Assembly (NCBI GenBank): GCA_963825055.1
Contig: CAWGSK010000002.1
Coordinates: forward strand, 136,455 to 200,454
DNA length: 64,000 nt
From: an uncultured Gemmatimonadales bacterium
GTDB lineage: Bacteria > Gemmatimonadota > Gemmatimonadetes > Gemmatimonadales > GWC2-71-9
Direction of reading: 5' to 3'
Below, piece after piece: positions 32,906 to 45,581 of the stretch. The position numbers were made by a program, and so were the translations under genes. The stretch's first letter is position 1; each line of letters begins with the position of its first letter. The notes under the pieces were generated by a model. It was not told where the DNA came from. It saw nothing but the letters and a program-made list of their open reading frames with translations, and ran no database searches.

Positions 32906-33607
32906 ATGCCTGACACGACACCTGACGCTCCGCGTACCGAACCCGTTCCTGCGCACGATCGTCCCCGCGAGCGCCTCTGGTCGCTCGGCTCCGGGGCCCT
33001 GACCGCCACCGAGCTTCTCGCCGTGCTCCTTGGCACGGGCAGCGGCGGCCGGCCAGCCACCGAGGTCGCCGCGGGGCTCCTGGCCCGCGCGGGCGGGTCC
33101 CTCCGCGGGCTGGCCGCACGTCCGGCGGCCGAATTGCGCCGCGAGGCCGGTGTCGGACCCGCCAAGGCCGGTCGGCTGCTGGCGGCATTCGAACTGGCGG
33201 CCCGGCTCGCCGTCGAGGCCCGGCCCTCCGCTCCCAGGATCCGCGAGCCTGGTGACGTCGCGGCCCTCCTTGCAGGTCGGCTCCGGGACCTGGCCGTGGA
33301 GGAGTTCCACCTGCTCGCCCTGGACAGTCAGAGCCAGGTGCTCCGTGATGTCATGGTCACGCGCGGGCTCCTCAACAGTTCCCTCGTACATCCCCGGGAG
33401 GTCTTCCGGGCCGCCATCGCCGAGGCGGCCGCCGGCATCATTCTCGTTCATAACCACCCGAGCGGAGACCCGACCCCTTCCGCGGAAGACCGGGCGGTCA
33501 CCCGCCAGCTTGTGGAGGCCGGAAAGCTGCTGGACCTTCCGGTGTACGATCATGTGATCATCGCGGGAGACCGTTTCGTGAGCCTCGCGGGGCTTGGTCT
33601 CCTTTAG
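32906..33607 (+). CDS. radC: RadC (JAB/MPN) family protein
   Basis: RPRERL, VHPREVF, HNHPSGDPTPS and DH. Confidence 0.93.
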   Translation: MPDTTPDAPRTEPVPAHDRPRERLWSLGSGALTATELLAVLLGTGSGGRPATEVAAGLLARAGGSLRGLAARPAAELRREAGVGPAKAGRLLAAFELAARLAVEARPSAPRIREPGDVAALLAGRLRDLAVEEFHLLALDSQSQVLRDVMVTRGLLNSSLVHPREVFRAAIAEAAAGIILVHNHPSGDPTPSAEDRAVTRQLVEAGKLLDLPVYDHVIIAGDRFVSLAGLGLL

Positions 33608-33748
33608 GCCGGTCGGCCATGTCGTTGAAAAACAGTGGCTTATGTAATTCAAGCCATGGGCGGTCCGCGAAGGCCTGCGCCACTGTCACCCATGGTGGAC
33701 GCGCGCGCGGCTCTGGGCTGAAGTCCATTGCAGGTGCTATACTGGGAA

Positions 33749-35989
33749 ATGGAGGTTTCAGCCCGCACCCGGGCGGAGCGCGCCGCCCAGGGCCGCCCAG
33801 CCCCCGCCGACCCCCCCACGGGGGTCTTTCCCGCTCTGGCCCAGTCCGCCCCCGACTTTCAGGCGGTTCTGGAGCGGAACGCGGACCGTCTCGATCTCGA
33901 CCTGATCGAGAAGGCCTGGCGTTTCAGTGCGTCCGCCCATCGGGGGCAGAAGCGGCTGTCCGGTGAGGACTTCATCTGGCACAGCGTGTCGGTCGCGATG
34001 ATCCTCATCGACCAGTTGCTCGATTCCACCTCCGTCGCCGCGGCGCTCCTGCACGACGTCGTGGAGGACTCCGACGTCCGGACCGAGGACCTCGCCCGGG
34101 AGTTCGGGCCCGAGGTCGCGGGCATCGTGGACGGGCTCACCAAGATTTCCCACCTGACCTTCCGGAGTACCGCGGAGCAGCAGGTGGAGAACTATCGCAA
34201 GCTGCTGCTGTCGGTCGCCAAGGATGCGCGGGTCATCATCATCAAGCTGGCTGACCGCCTCCACAACATGCGGACCCTCGAGCACCTGGCTCCGGAGAAG
34301 CGGAACCGCATCGCCACCGAGACGCGGGAGATCTACGCGCCGCTTGCCCATCGCTTCGGCATGGCCGAGGTCAAGGCCGAGCTGGAAGACCTGGCGTTCA
34401 AGTTCCTGGAGACGGACGAGTACGAGTCGCTGGTGCGTCAGGTGGCCGCCAAGCGCACGGTACGGGAGCAGATGATCCAGAAGCTCCGGGCGCCGCTCGA
34501 GGCCGAGCTGGGCCGGGCCGGGATCGATGTCTTCGAGGTGACCGGGCGACCCAAGCACCTCTGGTCCATCTTCCAGAAGATGCGGAAGCGGGGCAAGCCG
34601 TTCGATGAGATCTATGATCTGATGGCTGTCCGGGTGCTGGTGCGGAATGTCCCCGAGTGCTACCACGTGCTGGGCATCATCCACCACACCTGGACCCCGA
34701 TCCAGGAACGGATCAAGGACTACATCGCGAGCCCGAAATCCAACGGTTACCAGTCGCTCCACACCACCATATTCGGCCCCGGCGGCCAGCTGTTCGAGGT
34801 CCAGATCCGCACGTGGGACATGCACCGCACGGCCGAGCACGGCATCGCGGCCCACTGGGTCTACAAGCAGGATGGCGAGCACGATGAACTGGACCAGCAG
34901 TTCGGCTGGTTCCGCCAGCTGCTGGAGCTTCAGCAGGACACGCGGAGTCCCGAGGAATTCCTCGAGTTCCTGAAGATCGACCTGTACCAGGACGAGATCT
35001 TCGTCTTCACCCCGCAGGGCGACGTGAAGCGGCTCCCCAAGGGCGCCACACCGATCGACTTCGCCTTCCTCGTGCACACCGAGGTCGGCCTCCGCTGCCA
35101 GGGGGCCAAGATCAACGGCCGGATCGCGCCGCTCCACCGTGAGCTCAGGAACGGCGACACCATCGAGATCCTCACCGGGCCCTCCGCCCGCCCCAGCCGG
35201 GACTGGCTGTCGCACGTGCATACCGCGCGGGCGCGCCACAAGATCAAGCAGTGGGTCCGGCAGGAAGAGGAGGAGATGAGCGTCGCGCTGGGCCGGGAAA
35301 TCCTGGCGCGCGAGGTCCGTCGCCGCCGACTCGACCCCCCCACGGAGGGCCGGATCCGGGAGGCCGCAGGCGGCCTCGGCCTCACGAACGACCACGGCCT
35401 CGAGGTCGCGCTCGGCCGGGGGGACGTGGCCATCGGGCAGGTCATCCGGCTGCTCTACCCCGACCTCAACCCGGAGCACCTGAAGGAGCCCAAGCCCACC
35501 GCCTTCGGACGGGTGATCGACCGGTTCCGGCTGGGCCGCGGCATCAAGATCCACGGCGTGGACGGCCTCATGGTCCGGTACGCCCAGTGCTGCCAGCCCG
35601 TGCCGGGAGACAGCGTAGTGGGCTACGTCACGCAGGGCCGCGGCATCTCGATTCACAAGGCCGACTGTCCCAACCTTCTCACCCTGCCGGCCACCGACCG
35701 CCGGGTGGAGATTGACTGGCAGGAGGTCCAGGGCGAGGCCTTCGCCGTCTGCCTGGCGGTCAACGGTGAGGACCGCCGCGGGCTCTACGCAGACATCATG
35801 CAGGCCATCAGCCAGACCGGCACCAACATCAAGGGCGCGGACATCCAGAGCCGCGACAGCTCGATGTTCGGCTCGATCTTTGTGGAGGTCGACAACCTCC
35901 CCCACCTGGCGAAGGTGATGAAGGCCATCCGGAAGGTGAAGGGCGTGGCGGAGGTGGAGCGGCGGGAGCCGGGGGGGAAGGGGGAGTAG
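33749..35989 (+). CDS. relA: Bifunctional (p)ppGpp synthetase/hydrolase (Rel/SpoT)
   Basis: HDVVED (HD domain), KLADRLHNMRTL, NGYQSLHT, TGS domain, CCQP and ACT domain. Confidence 0.95.
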   Translation: MEVSARTRAERAAQGRPAPADPPTGVFPALAQSAPDFQAVLERNADRLDLDLIEKAWRFSASAHRGQKRLSGEDFIWHSVSVAMILIDQLLDSTSVAAALLHDVVEDSDVRTEDLAREFGPEVAGIVDGLTKISHLTFRSTAEQQVENYRKLLLSVAKDARVIIIKLADRLHNMRTLEHLAPEKRNRIATETREIYAPLAHRFGMAEVKAELEDLAFKFLETDEYESLVRQVAAKRTVREQMIQKLRAPLEAELGRAGIDVFEVTGRPKHLWSIFQKMRKRGKPFDEIYDLMAVRVLVRNVPECYHVLGIIHHTWTPIQERIKDYIASPKSNGYQSLHTTIFGPGGQLFEVQIRTWDMHRTAEHGIAAHWVYKQDGEHDELDQQFGWFRQLLELQQDTRSPEEFLEFLKIDLYQDEIFVFTPQGDVKRLPKGATPIDFAFLVHTEVGLRCQGAKINGRIAPLHRELRNGDTIEILTGPSARPSRDWLSHVHTARARHKIKQWVRQEEEEMSVALGREILAREVRRRRLDPPTEGRIREAAGGLGLTNDHGLEVALGRGDVAIGQVIRLLYPDLNPEHLKEPKPTAFGRVIDRFRLGRGIKIHGVDGLMVRYAQCCQPVPGDSVVGYVTQGRGISIHKADCPNLLTLPATDRRVEIDWQEVQGEAFAVCLAVNGEDRRGLYADIMQAISQTGTNIKGADIQSRDSSMFGSIFVEVDNLPHLAKVMKAIRKVKGVAEVERREPGGKGE

Positions 35990-35996
35990 GGCCGCG

Positions 35997-36025
35997 GAGT
36001 CGTTGAGTGGTTGAGTCGTGGACTC
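35997..36025. repeat. Left octamer arm (GTTGAGTS) flanking the four-helix-bundle gene
   Basis: GAGTC GTTGAGTG GTTGAGTC GTGGACTC, the same unit as at 3137-3168. Confidence 0.8.
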
Positions 36026-36029
36026 GCGC

Positions 36030-36395
36030 TCATCGGCCGCCTCGCTGCAGGCTATGGCGAAGTGAAACGATCATCCTGCCGACGTTCTCCGATATGCCCA
36101 GCAGATCCCTCACGTGATCCTTGTCCAGGTAGCCCAGCCTGCCGGCTATCATCAGATGCGTTTCAAGCTCAGCTCGACTTCCGTTCGCTATCGCGAGATA
36201 CCGCCGAAAGTCTGCCCTGCTGCAGCGGGATTGCCCTTCCGCGATGTTGGCGGGGATGCTGTAGGCCGAACGTCGGAGCTGGTCCCCGAGCGCCCACCGT
36301 TCTATCGCTGGGAGTTGCCCGCTCGCCTGGGAAATCCTGACCGCGAGGTCCAGCGCGATTCTCCACACCCGAAGGGTCCGATAACTGTCCTGTCC
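36030..36395 (-). CDS. Four-helix-bundle protein (23S rRNA IVP / S23-like / Avd-like family); 5' end disrupted or uncertain
   Basis: SYRTLRVWR...LGDQLRRSAYSIPANIAEG..R...DFRRYLAIANGSRAELET family motif. The open frame begins at 36395 after a TGA, and the first start codon is the GTG at 36368. Confidence 0.85.
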   Translation of the reverse strand, partial: GQDSYRTLRVWRIALDLAVRISQASGQLPAIERWALGDQLRRSAYSIPANIAEGQSRCSRADFRRYLAIANGSRAELETHLMIAGRLGYLDKDHVRDLLGISENVGRMIVSLRHSLQRGGR

Positions 36396-36500
36396 TCACT
36401 GGGATCGGGCATCGGCCATGATAAGGTGTCACGGCCGGCTGGCGAGCATCCTTCGGATGCGGATCCATTCCCAATTCCCCGCTCCCTTGCCCGGAGTAAC

Positions 36501-36532
36501 GATTGAACCACTCAACCACCCAACCACTCAAC
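36501..36532. repeat. Right octamer arm (CACTCAAC), inverted relative to 35997-36025
   Basis: GATTGAAC CACTCAAC CACCCAAC CACTCAAC. Confidence 0.8.
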
Positions 36533-36563
36533 GCCCCGGCCCCACCTCGCTAGATTAGAGTAC

Positions 36564-36967
36564 ATGGCTACCTGGATCCTCAAAACCGAACCCTCCACCT
36601 ACTCCTTCGACGACCTGAGGCGGGACAAGCGGACCCCGTGGGACGGGATCCGTAACGCACTCGCGCTCAAGCACCTCCGTGCCATGAAGGTGGGGGACGA
36701 AGCCCTCATCTATCACTCCGGCAGCGGCAAGGAGATCGTCGGCCTCGCCCGGATCGTGAGCGAGCCGTATCCCGACCCGCTGCGCGATGACCCCAAGCTG
36801 GTGGTGGTGGATATCGAGGCGGTCAAGGAGGCGTCCGAGCGTGTGCCGCTCTCCACCATCAAGGCGGACCCGCTGTTCAAGGACCTCGCCCTCGTCCGGA
36901 TGTCGCGCCTCTCGGTGGTGCCGGTGCCTGCCCCCCAGTGGAAGCGACTGAAGCAGCTCGCCGGACT

Positions 36968-36971
<4 letters not shown>
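36564..36971 (+). CDS. EVE domain protein
   Basis: WILKTEP, WDGIRN, YHS and [10 protein letters not shown]. Confidence 0.92.
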
Positions 36972-39000
<2,029 letters not shown>

Positions 39001-39004
<4 letters not shown>

Positions 39005-39408
39005 GGGAACTCACCGAGGCCGATCTCCGGGCCGAGGGGGAGCGGCTCGGCCGGGACCTGCCGTCGGGGGCTGTGGTCACCATCAGCGGGGAACTCGGGG
39101 CGGGGAAGACCACGTTCGTCCAGGCCCTGGTCCGCGGCCTTGGCGTCACCGGCCAGGCGACGAGCCCGACCTACGCCCTCGTCCACCGCTACGAGGGGCG
39201 CCGGGGCCCCGTCTTCCACCTCGACTGTTATCGCCTGTCCTCGCCGGCGGAAGCCTCCGATCTCGGATGGGACGACATGCTGCGCGAGGGGGACGCCATG
39301 CTGGTCGAGTGGCCGGAGCGCGCCGGTGCCTGGGTCCCGGAGCCGACCCGACGGGTGTACCTCCACCACCTGCCCGATCCCGATCTCCGCGGGCTGGAGA
39401 TCGCATGA
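39001..39408 (+). CDS. tsaE: tRNA t6A biosynthesis ATPase TsaE
   Basis: [20 protein letters not shown] and VEWPE. Confidence 0.95.
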
Positions 39409-40127
39409 TGCTCCTGGCCCTGGAGACGAGTGGCGCGGAGGCATCGGTGGCGGTGGGCGAACCGGGCTCGGTTATCGTCGAGGAACGCATTCCCGGGGCC
39501 CGGAAGCACGCCTCCGGCCTGTTCCCGGCGGCCCGGCGGGTCCTCGCCGCCGCGGGGGTGGACCTCGAGGATATTGATGGCCTGCTGGTGGCGGACGGGC
39601 CGGGCAGTTTTACCGGCCTCCGCATCGCCGCGGCCGCGGCCAAGGCCCTCGTCCATGGCCGGGATATCCCCCTCCGGACCGCCAGCGCCCTGCTGGTGAC
39701 GGCGGTGGCCGCGGGCCATGACGAGCGGCGCCCCATCCTCGCCGCCACCGACGCGCTGCGAGGCGAGTACTATTTCGCTGTCTACCGGTTCGACGATGAC
39801 TCGGTCCACGTGGTGCATCCGCCGTCCGTCGGGCCGGAAGCAGCGGCGGTCGCCGCCCTGCCGGCGGGAGGGCTGGTGGTCGCGGCCCTGCCGGATGCGG
39901 CGCTGGGAAGCCTCGCCCGGGCGACGGGCGCGCCCCTGCTCGGACCGCCGGCGTCCCTCCCGGGTGCGGCCGCGCTGCTGGACCTCGGCCGGTGGTCGAA
40001 CGGGCATACGATCGTGCACGATCCGGCCGGGTGGGAACCCGTCTACGGCCGGGCAGCCGAGGCACAGGTACGGTGGGAGGCGGCACATGGGCGAGCCCTG
40101 CCGGATCCGAGCGGCCAGCTCCGCTGA
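39405..40127 (+). CDS. tsaB: tRNA t6A biosynthesis protein TsaB
   Basis: LALETS and GPGSFTGLRI. Confidence 0.92.
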   Translation: MMLLALETSGAEASVAVGEPGSVIVEERIPGARKHASGLFPAARRVLAAAGVDLEDIDGLLVADGPGSFTGLRIAAAAAKALVHGRDIPLRTASALLVTAVAAGHDERRPILAATDALRGEYYFAVYRFDDDSVHVVHPPSVGPEAAAVAALPAGGLVVAALPDAALGSLARATGAPLLGPPASLPGAAALLDLGRWSNGHTIVHDPAGWEPVYGRAAEAQVRWEAAHGRALPDPSGQLR

Positions 40128-40551
40128 CGTTGCGGCGATGGCCGCCATCGAACGCCAGTGCTTCAGCGACCCCTGGTCGGCCCGGTCATTCCGGGAGATG
40201 CTGGACGCTGACGACACCTTCGGGCTCATCATGGAGACACCCGCCGCGGGGGTCATCGGGTACCTGCTGGCGCGCAGCGTGACGGACGAGGCCGAGATCC
40301 TGAACCTCGCGATACGGCCCGATCACCGCCGCCGGGGCCTGGCGCGCCGCCTCCTCTCCCGGGGCCTGGACGAGATCCGCGCCCGGGGCGGTCTCTCGGT
40401 CTTTCTCGAGGTGCGGACCAGCAACGAGGCGGGCAGGGAACTCTACGGCGCGGCGGGCTTCACGCCTGTCGGCCGGCGGCGGGCCTACTACCAGCGGCCC
40501 GTGGAGGACGCCATCGTCCTCCGCCGGGCCCTGAGCCGGAGCGCGAAATAG
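40087..40551 (+). CDS. rimI: Ribosomal-protein-alanine N-acetyltransferase RimI
   Basis: [19 protein letters not shown] and RRAYY..PVEDA. Confidence 0.92.
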   Translation: MGEPCRIRAASSADVAAMAAIERQCFSDPWSARSFREMLDADDTFGLIMETPAAGVIGYLLARSVTDEAEILNLAIRPDHRRRGLARRLLSRGLDEIRARGGLSVFLEVRTSNEAGRELYGAAGFTPVGRRRAYYQRPVEDAIVLRRALSRSAK

Positions 40552-40651
40552 CGCCGGTGCATCTATCTTTGGGTACAACAGCTGTCGTCCCGGGGCGTAT
40601 GTTGCCGGGGCCAGCGAGTCTCGAGCCCCCGAACGTCTGCAGGAGGTCAGC

Positions 40652-41125
40652 GTGAGTCGAAGTCTCAACAAGGTCATCCTGATCGGAAACCTCGGTGCCG
40701 ATCCGGAAGTCCGCAGCACCGCCAACGGCGGTCGTGTCGCGACCCTGTCGCTCGCCACGAGCCGGCAGTGGAAGGGTCAGGGCGGTGAGCGCCAGGAAAA
40801 GACCGAATGGCACCGCGTCGTGCTGTGGAACAGCAACTACAGCAAGCTCGCGGACGTCGCCGAGCAGTACTGCAAGAAGGGCGACAAGATCTACATCGAA
40901 GGCAGCATCGAGTACCGCACCTGGCAGGACCGTGAGGGCCAGACCCGGTACACCACGGAAATCCGTGGTCGGGAGATGATCATGCTCTCCGGCCGTTCGG
41001 GCGGTGGCGATGACAGCTACTCGTCGTCGAAGGTTGGCGCGGCGGCGTCCTCGTCCAAGCCGAACGAATCTTTCGAGGACTTCCCCGAGGCCCTTGATGC
41101 CGAGGACGACGACCTGCCGTTCTGA
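40652..41125 (+). CDS. ssb: Single-stranded DNA-binding protein
   Basis: [14 protein letters not shown] and C-terminal DDDLPF. AGGAGG RBS. Confidence 0.97.
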   Translation: MSRSLNKVILIGNLGADPEVRSTANGGRVATLSLATSRQWKGQGGERQEKTEWHRVVLWNSNYSKLADVAEQYCKKGDKIYIEGSIEYRTWQDREGQTRYTTEIRGREMIMLSGRSGGGDDSYSSSKVGAAASSSKPNESFEDFPEALDAEDDDLPF

Positions 41126-41146
41126 GCTGCCGTCCCCGCAGCGCCG

Positions 41147-41187
41147 AAGGCCGGCGACCCCCTCCAGGGTCGCCGGCTTTCGTCTTT
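41147..41187 (+). terminator. Intrinsic terminator after ssb
   Basis: GCCGGCGACCC-CCTCCA-GGGTCGCCGGC followed by TTTCGTCTTT. Confidence 0.75.
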
Positions 41188-41382
41188 CTGGCCCTCGCGG
41201 CAAGCCCCTTGCCTTCTCTTCGGGCGGATGCCGGTGTATTTGGGGCCTCTCTGGACAACGAAATACTTGAGGTCGACGCCGTATGGCGTTGATTTGCATC
41301 GGGTTATATATTGTCGCCAGCCGGGCCCTCCGGCTGGCACGCGGTTCCCCGACCCACCCAGCCTTGCTTGGGGGATATCTCA

Positions 41383-42618
41383 ATGCTCCGTACTGTGTTG
41401 CGGAAAACGATAGTCAGGGCCCCTGCCGGGGCCGGTGCCGCCCTGCTTGCGGTCGTCCTGCTGGCCGGCGCTGCCGCCACGGTGGCGGCACAGCAGACCC
41501 ACACGGTCAAGAAGGGCGATACTCTCTGGGACATCGCGGGCCTGTACCTGCATGACCCGCTGCTCTGGCCCGAGATCTACCGGAAGAACACCGACGTCGT
41601 GGAGGATCCGCACTGGATCTACCCTGGCGAGGTGCTCCGGATCGAGGGTGGCCCGGAAGTGGCCGCCGTCCCGGCCCAGGATACACCCGCCCCGGCGGTC
41701 GTGGCCGAGCCCGCGGCAGGCGATACCATGCAGGTGGCCGTGGAGCAGCAGGGTGAGCCCGCCGTGGTCGTGATCGCGCCTGAGGGGGATTCGGCCCGGA
41801 TCAACATGGAGCCCGTGCCGCCCGAGTACGATCCCCGTAACGCCGACATGACTGCCCTGTTCGCCGATACCCGGCTGTCGCAGAACCTCGATGCCGTGAT
41901 CCGCGCCTACACGGACCAGCCCTATCACCCGCTGCGGCGCGGCGAGTTCTACAGCTCTGGCTTCCTGACCGAAGACCGTGCCCTGCCGTACGGCAAGTTT
42001 CTCGGCCCGGTGATCCCTTCACAGATCGCGAGCAGCCGGAACCGCGGCACCGTCACCATCTTCACCGAAGTGGCCGTGACCCCGCCCGAGGGCGCGCAGT
42101 ACCAGGTCGGCGACACGCTCCTCGTGTTCCGCCGGGACCGCCACATCGATGATCATGGGGACGTGATCGTCCCGACCGGGATGGTCCGCATCACCAGCAC
42201 CTCGCAGCCACAGAACACAGCCCTGGTGATTGCCGCCTATGGCCCGATGCATCAGGGGCAGCAGGTCATCCCGGCCGAATCCTTCCATGATGCCGGGAAC
42301 GTGCGCCCGGTCCCGGTGGCCGACGGTGTGATGGCTTCCGTGATCGCCAGCCGTGATCCACAGGAACTGAAGGGTCCGCAGAACGTGATCTTCCTGGACC
42401 GCGGCCGGGCCGATGGCGTTGCCCCTGGCGACCTCTTCGAACTGGTGAGCGACCCACGCGACCACGGCACCGGCGAAGTGCTGCTTCCGCAGCCGATGGG
42501 CCTCGTGCAGGTGGTCCGCACCGGCGAGCACACCGCCACCGCGCGGATCCTCACGGTCAGCCAGCCGGACGTCCGGTCGGACACCCCGGCCCGGCAGGTT
42601 GCGCGCCTCCCCAACTGA
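41383..42618 (+). CDS. LysM peptidoglycan-binding secreted protein (TsaP-like N-terminus)
   Basis: Signal peptide, then HTVKKGDTLWDIA...WPEIY...PHWIYPGEVL. Confidence 0.85.
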   Translation: MLRTVLRKTIVRAPAGAGAALLAVVLLAGAAATVAAQQTHTVKKGDTLWDIAGLYLHDPLLWPEIYRKNTDVVEDPHWIYPGEVLRIEGGPEVAAVPAQDTPAPAVVAEPAAGDTMQVAVEQQGEPAVVVIAPEGDSARINMEPVPPEYDPRNADMTALFADTRLSQNLDAVIRAYTDQPYHPLRRGEFYSSGFLTEDRALPYGKFLGPVIPSQIASSRNRGTVTIFTEVAVTPPEGAQYQVGDTLLVFRRDRHIDDHGDVIVPTGMVRITSTSQPQNTALVIAAYGPMHQGQQVIPAESFHDAGNVRPVPVADGVMASVIASRDPQELKGPQNVIFLDRGRADGVAPGDLFELVSDPRDHGTGEVLLPQPMGLVQVVRTGEHTATARILTVSQPDVRSDTPARQVARLPN

Positions 42619-42765
42619 CCGGCGCTGCGGCAGCGGTCACACCAGGGCGGGCCCCACCGGGCCCGCCCTCGGTGTTTGTCCGTCTGTCCCGCGGGTTCAC
42701 TCCGCCCGGAGCGCCCGTTATCCTTCTCCCCCGAGTTTCCTGATTTTCCTCAGCCGAGAGGGGCC

Positions 42766-43715
<950 letters not shown>

Positions 43716-43716
<1 letters not shown>

Positions 43717-44420
43717 TGCTGCAGATAGGGGGAGCCGTCCCCAACTCGGCGTTCGACCTCGTCCTCCGGTCCAGCCCGGAGACCAAGGTCGTCCTGGCCA
43801 TCACCGTCGTCTTCTCCCTCGTCTCCTGGTTCATCATCGGGCTCAAGTGGTGGCAGTTCCGCCGGATCGCCCGGCAGGCCGACCGCTTCTTCGGCGAGCT
43901 CGAGCGGACGACCCGACTGGATGATGCCTACCGCGCTGTGATGAAGCTGCCGCCTTCGCCCTACAACCGGATCTTCCGGGAGGGCATCAGTTTCCTGACC
44001 GACCTGCGCCAGTCCGCGCCGGAAGGGACTTCCACCCCCGAGTCGCTCACCAGCACGCAGCTCGAGGCCTTCAAGATGGTGCTCGCCAAGGACGTGGCCG
44101 CGGAGCGGGACGGCATGGCCCACTACATCCCGTGGCTGGCCACCGTCGGATCGGTGAGTCCGCTGCTCGGCCTGCTCGGTACGGTGCTGGGCGTGATGGA
44201 CGCCTTCCTCGGCATCGCCTCCGGGGGCAGCGGGAACATTGCCGCCGTCGCCCCGGGCGTCGCCGAGGCGCTCGTGACGACCGTGGCCGGCCTCGCCGCG
44301 GCGATCCCGGCCGTGATTGCCTACAACGTGTTCGTCAACCGGCTCGGCGTGTTCGCCGCCGAGCTCGAAGGATTCGCGAACGAGATGGTCGGCACCATGG
44401 CGCGCGAGAGGATGCTCTAG
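43716..44420 (+). CDS. tolQ: TolQ (MotA/TolQ/ExbB family)
   Basis: SPLLGLLGTVLG and APGVAEALVTTVAGL. First gene of the tol-pal operon. Confidence 0.9.
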
Positions 44421-44421
44421 G

Positions 44422-44853
44422 ATGGCGGACCTCCTCGGCCGGGCCTCGCGCGAGCGGGCAGGACTCCCGTTCAACGCGGACATCAATGTCACCAGCCTGG
44501 TCGACGTCGCCTTCGTGCTGCTCATCATCTTCATGATCACCGCGCCCATCATGCAGGGCGGGGTGGACGTGCAGCTGCCCAAGGCCGAGGCCCGTCCCCT
44601 CTCCGCGAAGGAAGGGCTCGTGGTCACGGTCGACCGGAGCGGCCGGGTTTTCGTGGACGAGACCCCGCTCAGCTACAACGATTTCCGCGCGACGTTCGCG
44701 TCGATCGTCTCGACCCGCAAGCCCAACGGCGTGTACCTGCGCGCCGACAGCCGGGTCCCGTACGGCACCGTGGTGCAGGTGCTGGCCGTGATCCGCACCG
44801 CCGGGGTCACCGACGTCGGCCTCGTGGCCGAGGAGGAGGAGGCCCGACCGTGA
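44422..44853 (+). CDS. tolR: TolR (ExbD/TolR family)
   Basis: INVTSLVDVAFVLLIIFMITAP and LRAD. Confidence 0.9.
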   Translation: MADLLGRASRERAGLPFNADINVTSLVDVAFVLLIIFMITAPIMQGGVDVQLPKAEARPLSAKEGLVVTVDRSGRVFVDETPLSYNDFRATFASIVSTRKPNGVYLRADSRVPYGTVVQVLAVIRTAGVTDVGLVAEEEEARP

Positions 44854-45581
44854 GGCGCCGTGCGGCGGCGCCGGGGGAGCGCGCCGGTCGAACCGCCGGG
44901 CTGGTCGGATCGGCGCTGGTGCACGGCGCCGCCATCCTCTTCTTCATTGTGGGGGTCCGGCCACCCGCGCCGAGCCCCCCGGTCTACGCCGTCGAGCTGA
45001 TCGCCGCCCCCCGCCCCACGCCACAGCAGCGCCGGGCGCCGGAGGTGGTCGATCGGCCGGACGTCCAGCAGGCGCCGCCCACACCCACGCCGGTACCGGC
45101 CAAACCCACCCCGGTGGTGCCAACCCAGAAGCCGGCGCCCGAGAAGCCGGTGGCGAAGCCGTCACCGGCGAAGACGCCCGAGCGAACCGAGCCGGTCCCC
45201 CGCGCGCAGCAGAAGCCGGTGGAACCGCTTCCCGACGAGACGCCCGGTACCGGGTCCGATATCGCGAATGTGCGCACGCCGGGGCTCGAGTTCCCGTTCC
45301 CCGATTATCTTCGGAACATCGTGGCCCAGGTGCTGCGGCGTTGGGACCGGCCCACCGGCCCTACGGCGCTCAGGGCCGAAGTCAGTTTCATGATCATGCG
45401 GGATGGCACCGTGCGCGACATCCGTTTCGTGACACCATCCGGAAACTTCTCGTTTGACCTCGCCGCCCAGGGTGCGATCGAAGCCGCCGGGAATGCCCGG
45501 GCCTTCGGCGGCCTTCCCGAGGGCTATCAGGCGGATATCCTCCCCGTGAGCTTCTTCTTCTCGCCACGGGCTCCGCAGTGA
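44850..45581 (+). CDS. tolA: TolA / TonB-like energy transducer
   Basis: TM segment with SALVH, Pro-rich stalk, and a TonB_C-like domain (SGNFSFDLAA). Confidence 0.78.
   Translation: MRRRAAAPGERAGRTAGLVGSALVHGAAILFFIVGVRPPAPSPPVYAVELIAAPRPTPQQRRAPEVVDRPDVQQAPPTPTPVPAKPTPVVPTQKPAPEKPVAKPSPAKTPERTEPVPRAQQKPVEPLPDETPGTGSDIANVRTPGLEFPFPDYLRNIVAQVLRRWDRPTGPTALRAEVSFMIMRDGTVRDIRFVTPSGNFSFDLAAQGAIEAAGNARAFGGLPEGYQADILPVSFFFSPRAPQ

Noticed and set aside
32906..33607. radC as a marker of a mobile element
   Set aside because: Full-length chromosomal-type RadC between secA and rel, with no mobility genes nearby.
36030..36395. Diversity-generating retroelement or rRNA intervening sequence
   Set aside because: No reverse transcriptase, template/variable repeat pair or rRNA sequence was seen in the window.
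36466..36486. Short ATTCCC-type 7-mer echoes (similar weak ones at about 32782-32795 and 54923-54942)
   Set aside because: Only two or three degenerate copies each, too weak to call, although consistent with the intergenic microsatellite pattern.
41188..41382. Possible riboswitch or ncRNA upstream of the LysM gene (hairpins at about 41272-41293 and 41316-41338)
   Set aside because: I cannot match it to any riboswitch consensus by eye. An Rfam/Infernal search would be needed.
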